This document shows, piece by piece, positions 9,708-16,409 of a stretch of DNA of 64,000 nt. The number at the start of each line of letters is the position of its first letter. The first letter of the stretch is position 1. The stretch lies in IMG/VR virus record IMGVR_UViG_3300013093_000017, positions 62,001 through 126,000 of that record; one strand, 5' to 3'. The notes under the pieces were generated by a model. That model was not told the DNA's origin and did not search any database. It was given only the letters and a program-made list of their open reading frames with translations. The position numbers and the translations under genes are program-made.

Positions 9708-9810
9708 ATGTGTCTAGGAAACGAGGTCCAAGACAAGGCACATTAAAGATTGTATGTTGAACTGGCGGACAAGTGGATGGCATTTCCTTTTGTGGAAAGA
9801 AAATACTTGT

Positions 9811-9898
9811 TATAATAAAGCATTCTAACACGGGTAGGTAACGTGTGGGGAAGAAATTGCCCCTAGAGTGCTTTATTATACGCATTCATATGAGTGCG
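9811..9898 (+). ncRNA. Structured RNA: long closed stem plus adjacent hairpin
   Basis: TATAATAAAGCATTCTA...TAGAGTGCTTTATTATA, then CGCATTCATATGAGTGCG. Confidence 0.45.
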
Positions 9899-9905
9899 TT
9901 AACAG

Positions 9906-9986
9906 ATTGCAGTATTTTAGGTGGGCACCTACAGCGGCGGCAGCCGTCAAGATCGCAACTTGAGAGGTTCGAGTCCTCACTGCAAT
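9906..9986 (+). ncRNA. tRNA-like RNA without canonical anticodon arm or CCA
   Basis: ATTGCAGT/ACTGCAAT closing stem, T-arm GAGG-TTCGAGT-CCTC, three internal hairpins. Confidence 0.5.
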
Positions 9987-10038
9987 ATTTTAATACGGCC
10001 TTTGTCGCTAGCATAGCTGGTGCTCAAAGGTTCTTTAT

Positions 10039-10116
10039 CGGAGTGTATGTCAGTCTGGCTAGACGGCCTGCTTTGGGAGCAGGAGGCCGTAGGTTCGAAT
10101 CCTACCATTCCGACCA
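10039..10116 (+). tRNA. tRNA-Pro(TGG)
   Basis: Cloverleaf, CCTGC-TT-TGG-GA-GCAGG, CCA. Confidence 0.93.
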
Positions 10117-10120
10117 ATAT

Positions 10121-10196
10121 GTCCCTATCATCTAGCGGCCTAGGATACTGCCCTTTCACGGCAGGTACACGAGTTCGAATCTCGTTAGGGACACCA
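10121..10196 (+). tRNA. tRNA-Glu(TTC)
   Basis: CTGCC-CT-TTC-AC-GGCAG, CCA. Confidence 0.93.
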
Positions 10197-10202
10197 AATA
10201 AT

Positions 10203-10289
10203 GAGTGTTCGGGGACGTGGGAGTGTCTCGGCTGGCTGTAACCCAGTTGCCTTATGGCTTAGTAGGTTCGAATCCTACAACATTCACCA
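10203..10289 (+). tRNA. tRNA-Tyr(GTA)
   Basis: GCTGG-CT-GTA-AC-CCAGT, long variable arm, CCA. Confidence 0.88.
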
Positions 10290-10295
10290 AGTTAT

Positions 10296-10390
10296 GTCGC
10301 AGTTCCAGTTACACTAATCTCTCAGTTCAAAGCTGTTAGTGTGTAAAGGACACGAGAAAGTCAACTTCTTCTGGGTAGACTGTGACGCCA
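10296..10390 (+). ncRNA. CCA-terminated non-cloverleaf structured RNA
   Basis: GTCGCAGT/ACTGTGAC stem followed by G-CCA; internal TTACACTAA/TTAGTGTGTAA helix. Confidence 0.4.
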
Positions 10391-10394
10391 TTTT

Positions 10395-10504
10395 TAGACT
10401 CGTGTAGGAACTTTGAGATCGTATAACCTCTTGAAACTGGATAAGTGAGAGCCAGGCCAGTCAAAAACACGTACGGTAAATGCTGTGCAACTCGGCAGAG
10501 TCTA
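10395..10504 (+). ncRNA. Structured RNA with T-arm-like 3' hairpin
   Basis: TAGACTC/GAGTCTA closing stem; GCTG-TGCAACT-CGGC hairpin just before the 3' strand. Confidence 0.35.
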
Positions 10505-10619
10505 TTTTATAGTAGTAAATTTTTAGGAGAAACCAAAGTGAAGAGTACTAAACTTTAGTGTCATCTTTAATCCCATGTATGATTAAGGATAGGCACGTTA
10601 AACATCTTTATACATATAT

Positions 10620-10694
10620 GGGGGTATAATTCAATGGCTAGAATATCCGGCTTTTACCCGGACTATCAGAGTTCAAATCTCTGTGCCCTCACCA
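10620..10694 (+). tRNA. tRNA-Lys(TTT)
   Basis: TCCGG-CT-TTT-AC-CCGGA, CCA. Confidence 0.92.
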
Positions 10695-10699
10695 ACATA

Positions 10700-11581
10700 T
10701 TAAATTACATTCAGTGAGTGCAATTTAGTATGTTGTAATAATTTTAACAGTTGTTTTATTTTACTACCTGCTTGGTATTCGTCGTATGATATTCTAAATA
10801 CAGTAATGCCTAAATGGGTTTGTATATATGCATCACGCAGTTCGTCTGCTTCTTTATGTTTAGGCTTTTCGTGTTGTTTACCGTCAAGTTCTACTATAAG
10901 ATTTACGGTAGGGAAATAATAATCAACAAAATACCATTTACCTGTTAGATGATTTTTAATAAAGTGTTCGTCAATGTACTTGGTGGATATTTTATTATCA
11001 ACTAACCATCGTTCAAATGATTGTTCTAAATAAGATTTTTTATCTCTTCTGTAATTGCTTCTGCGATTGGTTTTGATGCGTTTAATTATCTTATCGGAAA
11101 TTAAAGATGACTTACATTCATCTGAACAGGTTTTGCGGTGACTGTGTTTAATAACAGTACCACATTGATGACAAAAAGATACTTTTGAATATTGCGGCAA
11201 TGGGTTTTCGTTATTATATTTTTGGACGCCCTTTGAGATTTTTTGTTTTCGGTTGAGGTCTATAGCAATACCTTTTCTATCTTTATTGTAATACACAGCA
11301 GAGCAAGATGTAGAACAAAATTTGTTATGTCTTCTTTTGTATTCGAGTGCTAAATTACATTGAATACATTTAGACGGAGACTGGATATAATCTAATTTTA
11401 TAGATTTTAATTTTTTATTATTTGCCTTAACAGCAGATATTTGTCCAAGTTTGCCATTTTTAAGATTTCGTAGTTTGCCTTCTTTGGTATGAGAAATAAG
11501 ATAATGAGAATGTATTCCTTTAGAGGTTTTGGGTTCTCGACAAACTACGCAGGAGCAAGGATAAGATGTTTTATTAGTCAT
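10700..11581 (-). CDS. Free-standing homing endonuclease (Zn-finger N-terminus, DUF559/Vsr-like nuclease)
   Basis: Several CxxC pairs; YFVDYYFP..LIVELDGKQH..D..RD; antisense inside the tRNA array; TATAAATA upstream on the minus strand. Confidence 0.75.
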   Translation of the reverse strand: MTNKTSYPCSCVVCREPKTSKGIHSHYLISHTKEGKLRNLKNGKLGQISAVKANNKKLKSIKLDYIQSPSKCIQCNLALEYKRRHNKFCSTSCSAVYYNKDRKGIAIDLNRKQKISKGVQKYNNENPLPQYSKVSFCHQCGTVIKHSHRKTCSDECKSSLISDKIIKRIKTNRRSNYRRDKKSYLEQSFERWLVDNKISTKYIDEHFIKNHLTGKWYFVDYYFPTVNLIVELDGKQHEKPKHKEADELRDAYIQTHLGITVFRISYDEYQAGSKIKQLLKLLQHTKLHSLNVI

Positions 11582-11628
11582 ACAAGTATTTATACATCAA
11601 AACGAATTTCTCCTACCAAATTGAAATA

Positions 11629-11720
11629 CCATACAAAAACACATTCTTCAAAGAATACAGGGTTCAATTCCCGGCCGTTGATCACGGAACTGCCAAGGTG
11701 GTGAGTGTATTCCTATATGG
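11629..11720 (+). ncRNA. Structured RNA with internal T-arm-like hairpin
   Basis: CCATA..ACATTC / GAGTGT..TATGG closing stem; GGG-TTCAATT-CCC. Confidence 0.35.
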
Positions 11721-11726
11721 TTCAAT

Positions 11727-11801
11727 GTTGTCTATAGTGTAGTGGTAGCACCCAATCCTGTGAAGATTGTAGTATGAGATCGATACTCATTAGACAACCC
11801 A
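11727..11801 (+). tRNA. tRNA-His(GTG)
   Basis: G-1 8-bp acceptor, CAATC-CT-GTG-AA-GATTG, atypical T-loop ATCGATA, CCA. Confidence 0.88.
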
Positions 11802-11808
11802 AAGTTTT

Positions 11809-11883
11809 GCCTCGTTCATATAGTGGTTATTATGTCCGCCTGTCTAGTGGAACATAGGGGTTCGATTCCCCTACGAGGCGCCA
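11809..11883 (+). tRNA. tRNA-Asp(GTC)
   Basis: TCCGC-CT-GTC-TA-GTGGA, CCA. Confidence 0.9.
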
Positions 11884-11892
11884 AATTAAAGG

Positions 11893-11921
11893 TTGACGTG
11901 AAAAATCGTTGACTATATAAT
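11893..11921 (+). promoter_or_regulatory. Internal sigma70 promoter in tRNA array
   Basis: TTGACG-17-TATAAT. Confidence 0.75.
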
Positions 11922-11943
11922 AGTAACAGTTAGAAAGATCAAT

Positions 11944-12016
11944 TGCGGTAGAAGTGTAGTGGCGCATGATAGTCTCATAAGCTATCGGGGTGGTTCGATT
12001 CCAACGTCCGCATCCA
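11944..12016 (+). tRNA. tRNA-Met(CAT), imperfect stems
   Basis: ATAGT-CT-CAT-AA-GCTAT, TTCGA loop, CCA; mismatches in acceptor and T stems. Confidence 0.7.
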
Positions 12017-12032
12017 TAATTAGGAGAAGTAA

Positions 12033-12194
12033 ATGGCAGTTAAGAAAGCAAATCCAATGCAGACACGCACTGGTAAGACACGGTTAGGTCCATTGAATTT
12101 AACACAGTTACAAACTATGTTAGAAAAGACTTCTAAGAAAAAGATCAAGGCGCAGATTCAAAAGCGCATTGCAGAATTAGAAGCACGTAAGTAA
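12033..12194 (+). CDS. Small basic hypothetical protein (53 aa), not in ORF track
   Basis: SD AGGAGA; MAVKKANPMQTRTGKTRLGPLNLTQLQTMLEKTSKKKIKAQIQKRIAELEARK. Confidence 0.75.
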   Translation: MAVKKANPMQTRTGKTRLGPLNLTQLQTMLEKTSKKKIKAQIQKRIAELEARK

Positions 12195-12202
12195 AGTTTT
12201 AC

Positions 12203-12277
12203 GCCCAGTTAGCAGAGTGGTAATGCGCCTCACTTGTAATGAGGATATCGGGAGTTCGATTCTCTCACTGGGCACCA
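12203..12277 (+). tRNA. tRNA-Thr(TGT)
   Basis: CCTCA-CT-TGT-AA-TGAGG, CCA. Confidence 0.93.
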
Positions 12278-12284
12278 GTATTAA

Positions 12285-12369
12285 GCCCCTTTGGTGGAAT
12301 TGGTAGACACCGCGGTCTTAGAAGCCGCCGACGAAAGTCATGAGAGTTCGAGTCTCTTGGGGGGCACCA
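12285..12369 (+). tRNA. tRNA-Leu(TAG)
   Basis: GCGGT-CT-TAG-AA-GCCGC, long variable arm, CCA. Confidence 0.92.
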
Positions 12370-12379
12370 AAAGTTTTAT

Positions 12380-12453
12380 GCGGGATTAGTTTAATGGTAG
12401 AACTGCAGATTTCCAATCTCCTGGTGAGGGTTCGATTCCCTTATCCCGCTCCA
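12380..12453 (+). tRNA. tRNA-Gly(TCC)
   Basis: GCAGA-TT-TCC-AA-TCTCC, CCA. Confidence 0.9.
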
Positions 12454-12458
12454 GAACA

Positions 12459-12669
12459 CAAGGTTTACACTTTTACCTTATAGAAAGTGGGTCATTGCTA
12501 ATACCAGAACGGCAGGGTGCGCACGATGGTCTAGACCATACCACAAGTCCCACTATCCGGGAGCCTTGAAAGTATCGTGGGAGTTTTATTGTTTCTTACC
12601 ATATGGAAACAGTTGGACAGGGTAACTACTCAGTTTTGGGCTCGGTTGTGCGAGTAGCAAAACACTGAT
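12459..12669 (+). ncRNA. Candidate structured ncRNA(s) between tRNA-Gly and tRNA-Ala
   Basis: CAAGGTT/AGCCTTG multibranch with CACTTTT/AGAAAGTG, TGGTCTAGACCA and TCCC/GGGA hairpins; no credible ORF. Confidence 0.35.
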
Positions 12670-12671
12670 TC

Positions 12672-12746
12672 GGGCTGTTAGTATACTGGGTATTATTCCT
12701 GCCTTGCACGTAGGAGAAGACGGATCGTAACCGTCACGGTCCACCA
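12672..12746 (+). tRNA. tRNA-Ala(TGC)
   Basis: G3:U70 pair, CCTGC-CT-TGC-AC-GTAGG, T-loop ATCGTAA, CCA. Confidence 0.9.
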
Positions 12747-12752
12747 TATTAT

Positions 12753-12829
12753 AGAGGATTAGCTCAGTTGGTACGAGCAACTGCCTTACAAGCAGAAGGT
12801 CACTGGTTCGACCCCAGTATCCTCTACCA
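12753..12829 (+). tRNA. tRNA-Val(TAC)
   Basis: CTGC-CT-TAC-AA-GCAG, CCA. Confidence 0.93.
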
Positions 12830-12836
12830 GTTCTAT

Positions 12837-12915
12837 TCCGCAGAATCCGAGCTAGGCGCACGGACTTGACTGTTAATCAATGATTAGCTGGGTTCGAATC
12901 CCAGATGCGGAGCCA
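12837..12915 (+). tRNA. tRNA-Asn(GTT)
   Basis: TTGA-CT-GTT-AA-TCAA, CCA. Confidence 0.88.
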
Positions 12916-12919
12916 TATT

Positions 12920-13020
12920 TGCAGAGCGTGGGCTAGTCTAGCGTCGACGTACACTCCGAGTTAGTTGCAACTAACAACAGATTGTGAAAACTAGACAACG
13001 AGGTTCGATTCCTTACTGCA
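12920..13020 (+). ncRNA. tRNA-like RNA, same acceptor/T-arm module as 9906-9986
   Basis: TGCAG...GAGG-TTCGATT-CCTT-ACTGCA; internal GTCTAG/CTAGAC and GTTAGTTGCAACTAAC helices. Confidence 0.5.
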
Positions 13021-13029
13021 TCTTAAATT

Positions 13030-13490
13030 TATCGTCGATAGCCGGAGCAAATCCTTTGAGCGGCTTGAGCATAAGCAAGGCACCGAGACGCAGGTGTATA
13101 TTTCCGGTGAAAGTCCGGACGGTAATAGATTTTATCTCCCTCCGTAAAGGATGGAACAGTGAGCTCTCAGTTCCCTGCAAGGTAGTAGTAGACAAGAAGC
13201 AAACAGGCGTACTAGTCATACGCAATGTGCTGATTAGGTCGCTATGCAACCTCTGACAATAGGTCATGACTGGCCAACGATAGGAGACACTTGTAAAGCT
13301 CTCACAGTTTAACCGGTGGTGAAAATCCACAGGGGAGGCCAGTTTTGGGATAGACGGCAAGATCTTAAACGAGTCCTAAGTAGCGTCAGTAGTACGAAAC
13401 ACATTTTGCGCGAAATATAGATGAGCTCTCTTGTTCGAGACAATCCAGCAAGGCCTTTGGAGAAAAGGATAGCTGGGCGCCCAAAAACCC
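13030..13490 (+). ncRNA. Candidate large structured ncRNA (~460 nt; GOLLD/ROOL-type context)
   Basis: GC-richer non-coding block with T-loop hairpins CCGG-TGAAAGT-CCGG and GTGG-TGAAAAT-CCAC and long-range helices CTGGCC/GGCCAG and TTTTGGG/CCCAAAA. Confidence 0.55.
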
Positions 13491-13496
13491 TTTTAT

Positions 13497-13571
13497 GCTT
13501 CGGTAGCTCAGTGGTAGAGCAATCGGTTGATAACCGATAGGCCGGTGGATCGTTCCCACCTCGAAGCACCA
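13497..13571 (+). tRNA. tRNA-Ile(GAT)
   Basis: ATCGG-TT-GAT-AA-CCGAT, T-loop ATCGTTC, CCA. Confidence 0.9.
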
Positions 13572-13579
13572 TTTATATG

Positions 13580-13608
13580 TTGACAGACGGATAAACATCT
13601 GTTATACT
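13580..13608 (+). promoter_or_regulatory. Internal sigma70 promoter
   Basis: TTGACA-17-TATACT. Confidence 0.75.
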
Positions 13609-13775
13609 ATGTTTTAAGATTTGGAAGAAAGCCGGTACATTATGTATTCGAGGTTAGGAGAGACCGGCAAACCGTCCGATTAGAGTAGGTAATACTGCGG
13701 TTCGACTCCGCCGATTGAATTACTGTATGATTCTGCACATACCTAACAGGCCTGTATTGGCCGCAGATCGTTTAT

Positions 13776-13864
13776 GGAAGGTTATGCAATCTGGGATATT
13801 GCCGCGCACTTGAAATGCGCTGGAGCCTACGGGCCAGGAGTTCGATTCTGCCATCCTTCCGCCA
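13776..13864 (+). tRNA. tRNA-Ser(TGA)
   Basis: GCGCA-CT-TGA-AA-TGCGC, long variable arm, G73-CCA. Confidence 0.85.
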
Positions 13865-13876
13865 GTTTGAAAATAC

Positions 13877-13967
13877 GGAGAGTGGGCCGGACGGTAAGGC
13901 ACCACCCTGCTAAGGTGTACACTTGTGATGAACAGGTGACAGGGTTCGACTCCCTGACTCTCCGCCA
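13877..13967 (+). tRNA. tRNA-Ser(GCT)
   Basis: CACC-CT-GCT-AA-GGTG, long variable arm, CCA. Confidence 0.92.
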
Positions 13968-13972
13968 AATAC

Positions 13973-14008
13973 CCGGTGTTAGTTAAATGGATATAACAGG
14001 GGATTTCG
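13973..14008 (+). pseudogene. 5' half of a tRNA-Arg-like gene, truncated in the anticodon loop
   Basis: CCGGTGT-TA-GTTA-AATGGATA-TAAC-A-GGGGA-TTTC, then an abrupt switch to TATAAATA. Confidence 0.65.
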
Positions 14009-14022
14009 TATAAATAAACAAT

Positions 14023-14099
14023 GCGGTTGTAGCTCAGTGGATTAGAGCAACGAGCTTCTACCTCGTTGGCCGGGGGTTCGAGTCCCTCCAGCCGCACCA
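14023..14099 (+). tRNA. tRNA-Arg(TCT)
   Basis: ACGAG-CT-TCT-AC-CTCGT, CCA. Confidence 0.93.
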
Positions 14100-14114
14100 T
14101 TTAATAGAATACTT

Positions 14115-14798
14115 ATGTATCAAAAATTAACTAACTGTAAATATTGCAATGTTTCATTACTTGAAATGACTACTTCTCGGCGAGCAAATCACTCTCGATG
14201 GTGCAAACTAAATCCTAAGCATACTGAATATATAAATGCATTAGAAATTTCTAGAGAGAATATAGTTAATCGACGTAATCAATTTATGAAGGCTAAAGAG
14301 GATGGAAGGCCGATTCCGCCAGGAACACAGACCGGAAAACCAGGTACAATGTTAGGTAAGAAGCATTCTTCTAAAACTAAACAGCGTCAAAAAGAAAAGG
14401 CACTAGCAAGTCCTCATAGAAGATTAGTTAGATCTATTCGGAAATATACAAAAAAGGACGGAACTATAGTTAGTTTAGATTCGTTCTGGGAAGAAGCATT
14501 AGCTATTCGGCTTGATACTATAGGTGTTAACTGGATAAGACCGTCGCCTATTAAATGGATAGACAATGATAACGTAACTCATAATTACTTTCCAGATTTC
14601 TATCTACCAGAGTTTGATTTATATTTAGATCCAAAAAACCCGTATGCTGTCAAAGCTCAACAAGTTAAGATACAGTGTTTAAAACAGCAAATACAAAACC
14701 TTATAATTATAACAAGTTTAGAGGATTGCAACAATTATATTCCTCAACCAGTATTGCCCTATAGTTCAATGGAAGAACGGCTCCCTTATAAGGAGTGA
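14115..14798 (+). CDS. Free-standing homing endonuclease (NUMOD3-like repeat, PD-(D/E)XK nuclease)
   Basis: GKKHSSKTKQRQKE, SFWEE, YFPDFYLPEFDLYLDPK; its 3' end overlaps tRNA-Ile(TAT). Confidence 0.75.
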   Translation: MYQKLTNCKYCNVSLLEMTTSRRANHSRWCKLNPKHTEYINALEISRENIVNRRNQFMKAKEDGRPIPPGTQTGKPGTMLGKKHSSKTKQRQKEKALASPHRRLVRSIRKYTKKDGTIVSLDSFWEEALAIRLDTIGVNWIRPSPIKWIDNDNVTHNYFPDFYLPEFDLYLDPKNPYAVKAQQVKIQCLKQQIQNLIIITSLEDCNNYIPQPVLPYSSMEERLPYKE

Positions 14799-14846
14799 GT
14801 GCTAGATAAGCCGCTAATGTAGGTTCGAGTCCTACTAGGGGTACCA
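14755..14846 (+). tRNA. tRNA-Ile(TAT) with long variable arm
   Basis: GCTCC-CT-TAT-AA-GGAGT, ~20 nt variable arm, CCA; top of acceptor stem imperfect. Confidence 0.75.
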
Positions 14847-14848
14847 AT

Positions 14849-14923
14849 GCTGATGTAGCGTAGAGGTAGCGCAACGCCTTGGTAAGGCGTAGGTCGTGGG
14901 TTCAACTCCCATCATCAGCACCA
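14849..14923 (+). tRNA. tRNA-Thr(GGT)
   Basis: ACGCC-TT-GGT-AA-GGCGT, CCA. Confidence 0.92.
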
Positions 14924-14942
14924 GCAATACAGTAAGATCAAT

Positions 14943-14972
14943 TGGCTCATGGTGTAGTGGTAGCACAACTCA
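14943..14972 (+). pseudogene. 5' fragment of a tRNA-Gln-like gene
   Basis: TGGCTCA-TG-GTGT-AGTGGTA-GCAC-A-ACTCA; ends before the anticodon loop. Confidence 0.6.
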
Positions 14973-15012
14973 AAAAAATCCTTTATGTTGCTAAATACAG
15001 TAAGGAGATAAT

Positions 15013-15573
15013 ATGTTAGTTACTATTATAGAATACATGAACCAGACGAGAGAAGAAAGACGCTCTCGATTAAAGTTAGATGAACCATGCGATGAGCGCG
15101 GATTAGTGTACAGTTATCATTTAACTGGGCTATTAGCGTACTTAACAAACACAAGTATACCTAAAAAAGGTGATAACGCTATTGTGTGTCATGGATGTAA
15201 CAACGCAAAATGTTCAAACCCAAATCATTTATATTGGGGATCTTATAAGGATAATCATACGGATCAGGTTGAAAATGGAACATGGGATAGTCCGTATGCT
15301 AGGGCTAAGAAAAAATACAGTACTGTTGAGATGAATGAGATATACTCAAACAATGCCAAAGGTAATAAAGGTAATAAACAACCTAGATCCGAAGAGCATA
15401 AAAGAAAAATATCTGAGTCAATGAAAAAAGTTCAGCAAGAACTAAATCCTAATTTAGGAAAAGTAAGAAACAAAGTAGAATGCCCTCATTGTGGAAAGCA
15501 AGGTGCTATGAATACAATGAGCCGATGGCATTTTGATAATTGTCTTAATAGGCGTGTGGTGAAGATGGCTTAA
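15013..15573 (+). CDS. Free-standing HNH homing endonuclease with NUMOD3-like repeat and Zn ribbon
   Basis: VCHGCNNAKCSNPNHLYWGSYKDN, RSEEHKRKISESMK, CPHCGK; its 3' end overlaps tRNA-Gln. Confidence 0.8.
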   Translation: MLVTIIEYMNQTREERRSRLKLDEPCDERGLVYSYHLTGLLAYLTNTSIPKKGDNAIVCHGCNNAKCSNPNHLYWGSYKDNHTDQVENGTWDSPYARAKKKYSTVEMNEIYSNNAKGNKGNKQPRSEEHKRKISESMKKVQQELNPNLGKVRNKVECPHCGKQGAMNTMSRWHFDNCLNRRVVKMA

Positions 15574-15627
15574 CACACTGGATTTTGATTCCAGCATTCC
15601 TAGGTTCGAATCCTAGCACGCCTGCCA
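15550..15627 (+). tRNA. tRNA-Gln(TTG)
   Basis: CTGGA-TT-TTG-AT-TCCAG, CCA. Confidence 0.92.
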
Positions 15628-15747
15628 GAACAGTCCGGGAACAGCTCTCCTTTCGTAAGAAAGTGTAACTGACTATAGCTGGGATTTACCAGTGAACTTA
15701 CAGGACGCTGTAAGGTACGGGCATACAGGAGGATAACTCCAATCTAT

Positions 15748-15821
15748 TCCGGTGTAGTATAATGGCAGTGCGACGGTCTCCAAAACCGTTAGTGGGGGTT
15801 CGATTCCCTCCACCGGAGCCA
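15748..15821 (+). tRNA. tRNA-Trp(CCA)
   Basis: ACGGT-CT-CCA-AA-ACCGT, CCA. Confidence 0.93.
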
Positions 15822-15830
15822 AACAATGTG

Positions 15831-15859
15831 TTGACTTTTAGTTAAGTTGATAGTATAAT
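15831..15859 (+). promoter_or_regulatory. sigma70 promoter
   Basis: TTGACT-17-TATAAT. Confidence 0.75.
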
Positions 15860-15886
15860 GTGCTTTTATTTGAAATGGAGCATGAA

Positions 15887-16351
15887 ATGTCAAAAGTTAT
15901 TAAATCAGAGTATGTTGAAGCAGCCATGGAACAATTAGATAGTGCGGCTAAATTACTCAAAACAGCCTACACCAATCCAAACAAAAATCTTGTGTTAATA
16001 TTAGACATGATTGATGATATTTGGGGGCAATTAGAATTGCTAGCTGATACACAGTACGACAAAGAAAATCCAGGTAAAGAAATGACGCAGGCTCAATATG
16101 ACACTGAGCACAGTGAGCGGGTGGCTAGGATTAAAGCCCTACAAGAAGTTACCATTACCAAAGTAGACAAGGCCACATTCAAAGCCATTAGTGATGATTT
16201 ATACACAGCAATTGGCAATGTCAGTGGCAAATACAATCTGTCTATTGCCTTTCCGTTATCCAGTTTCTCATTCCGTGCCTATGATTCGGAGAATCCCGAG
16301 CAGTATTGGCCACTAGGTAGAGAGTTTGATACAGAAATAAATCCATTATAG
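15887..16351 (+). CDS. Hypothetical protein
   Basis: ORF 15860-16351; likely start ATG 15887 after SD GGAG. Confidence 0.7.
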   Translation: MSKVIKSEYVEAAMEQLDSAAKLLKTAYTNPNKNLVLILDMIDDIWGQLELLADTQYDKENPGKEMTQAQYDTEHSERVARIKALQEVTITKVDKATFKAISDDLYTAIGNVSGKYNLSIAFPLSSFSFRAYDSENPEQYWPLGREFDTEINPL

Positions 16352-16352
16352 G

Positions 16353-16381
16353 TTGACAGGTACCATATGCTCCTGTATTAT
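16353..16381 (+). promoter_or_regulatory. sigma70 promoter
   Basis: TTGACA-17-TATTAT. Confidence 0.65.
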
Positions 16382-16409
16382 TAATGAATAGTCAAAAGGA
16401 CAAAAGAAT

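Noticed and set aside
9906-9986. Selenocysteine tRNA
   Set aside because: The 8-bp acceptor-like stem is suggestive, but there is no TCA anticodon in a 7-nt loop and no CCA.
10524-11615. TAGGAGAAA / TTTCTCCTA inverted repeat flanking tRNA-Lys and the endonuclease as element ends
   Set aside because: Only 9 bp, SD-like and AT-rich, so chance is likely; the right copy is better explained as a tRNA 3' remnant.
13100-13490. RNase P RNA or tmRNA
   Set aside because: GAAAGTCC here sits in a local hairpin and I see no matching 3' P4 strand; there are no tRNA-Ala-like ends or tag ORF. An Infernal search would settle it.
9845-14100. ORF-track ORFs at 9845, 9977, 10020, 11489, 12586, 12984, 13013, 13309, 13386, 13720 and 13774
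   Set aside because: They overlap tRNAs or structured RNA, lack SDs and have non-protein-like composition.
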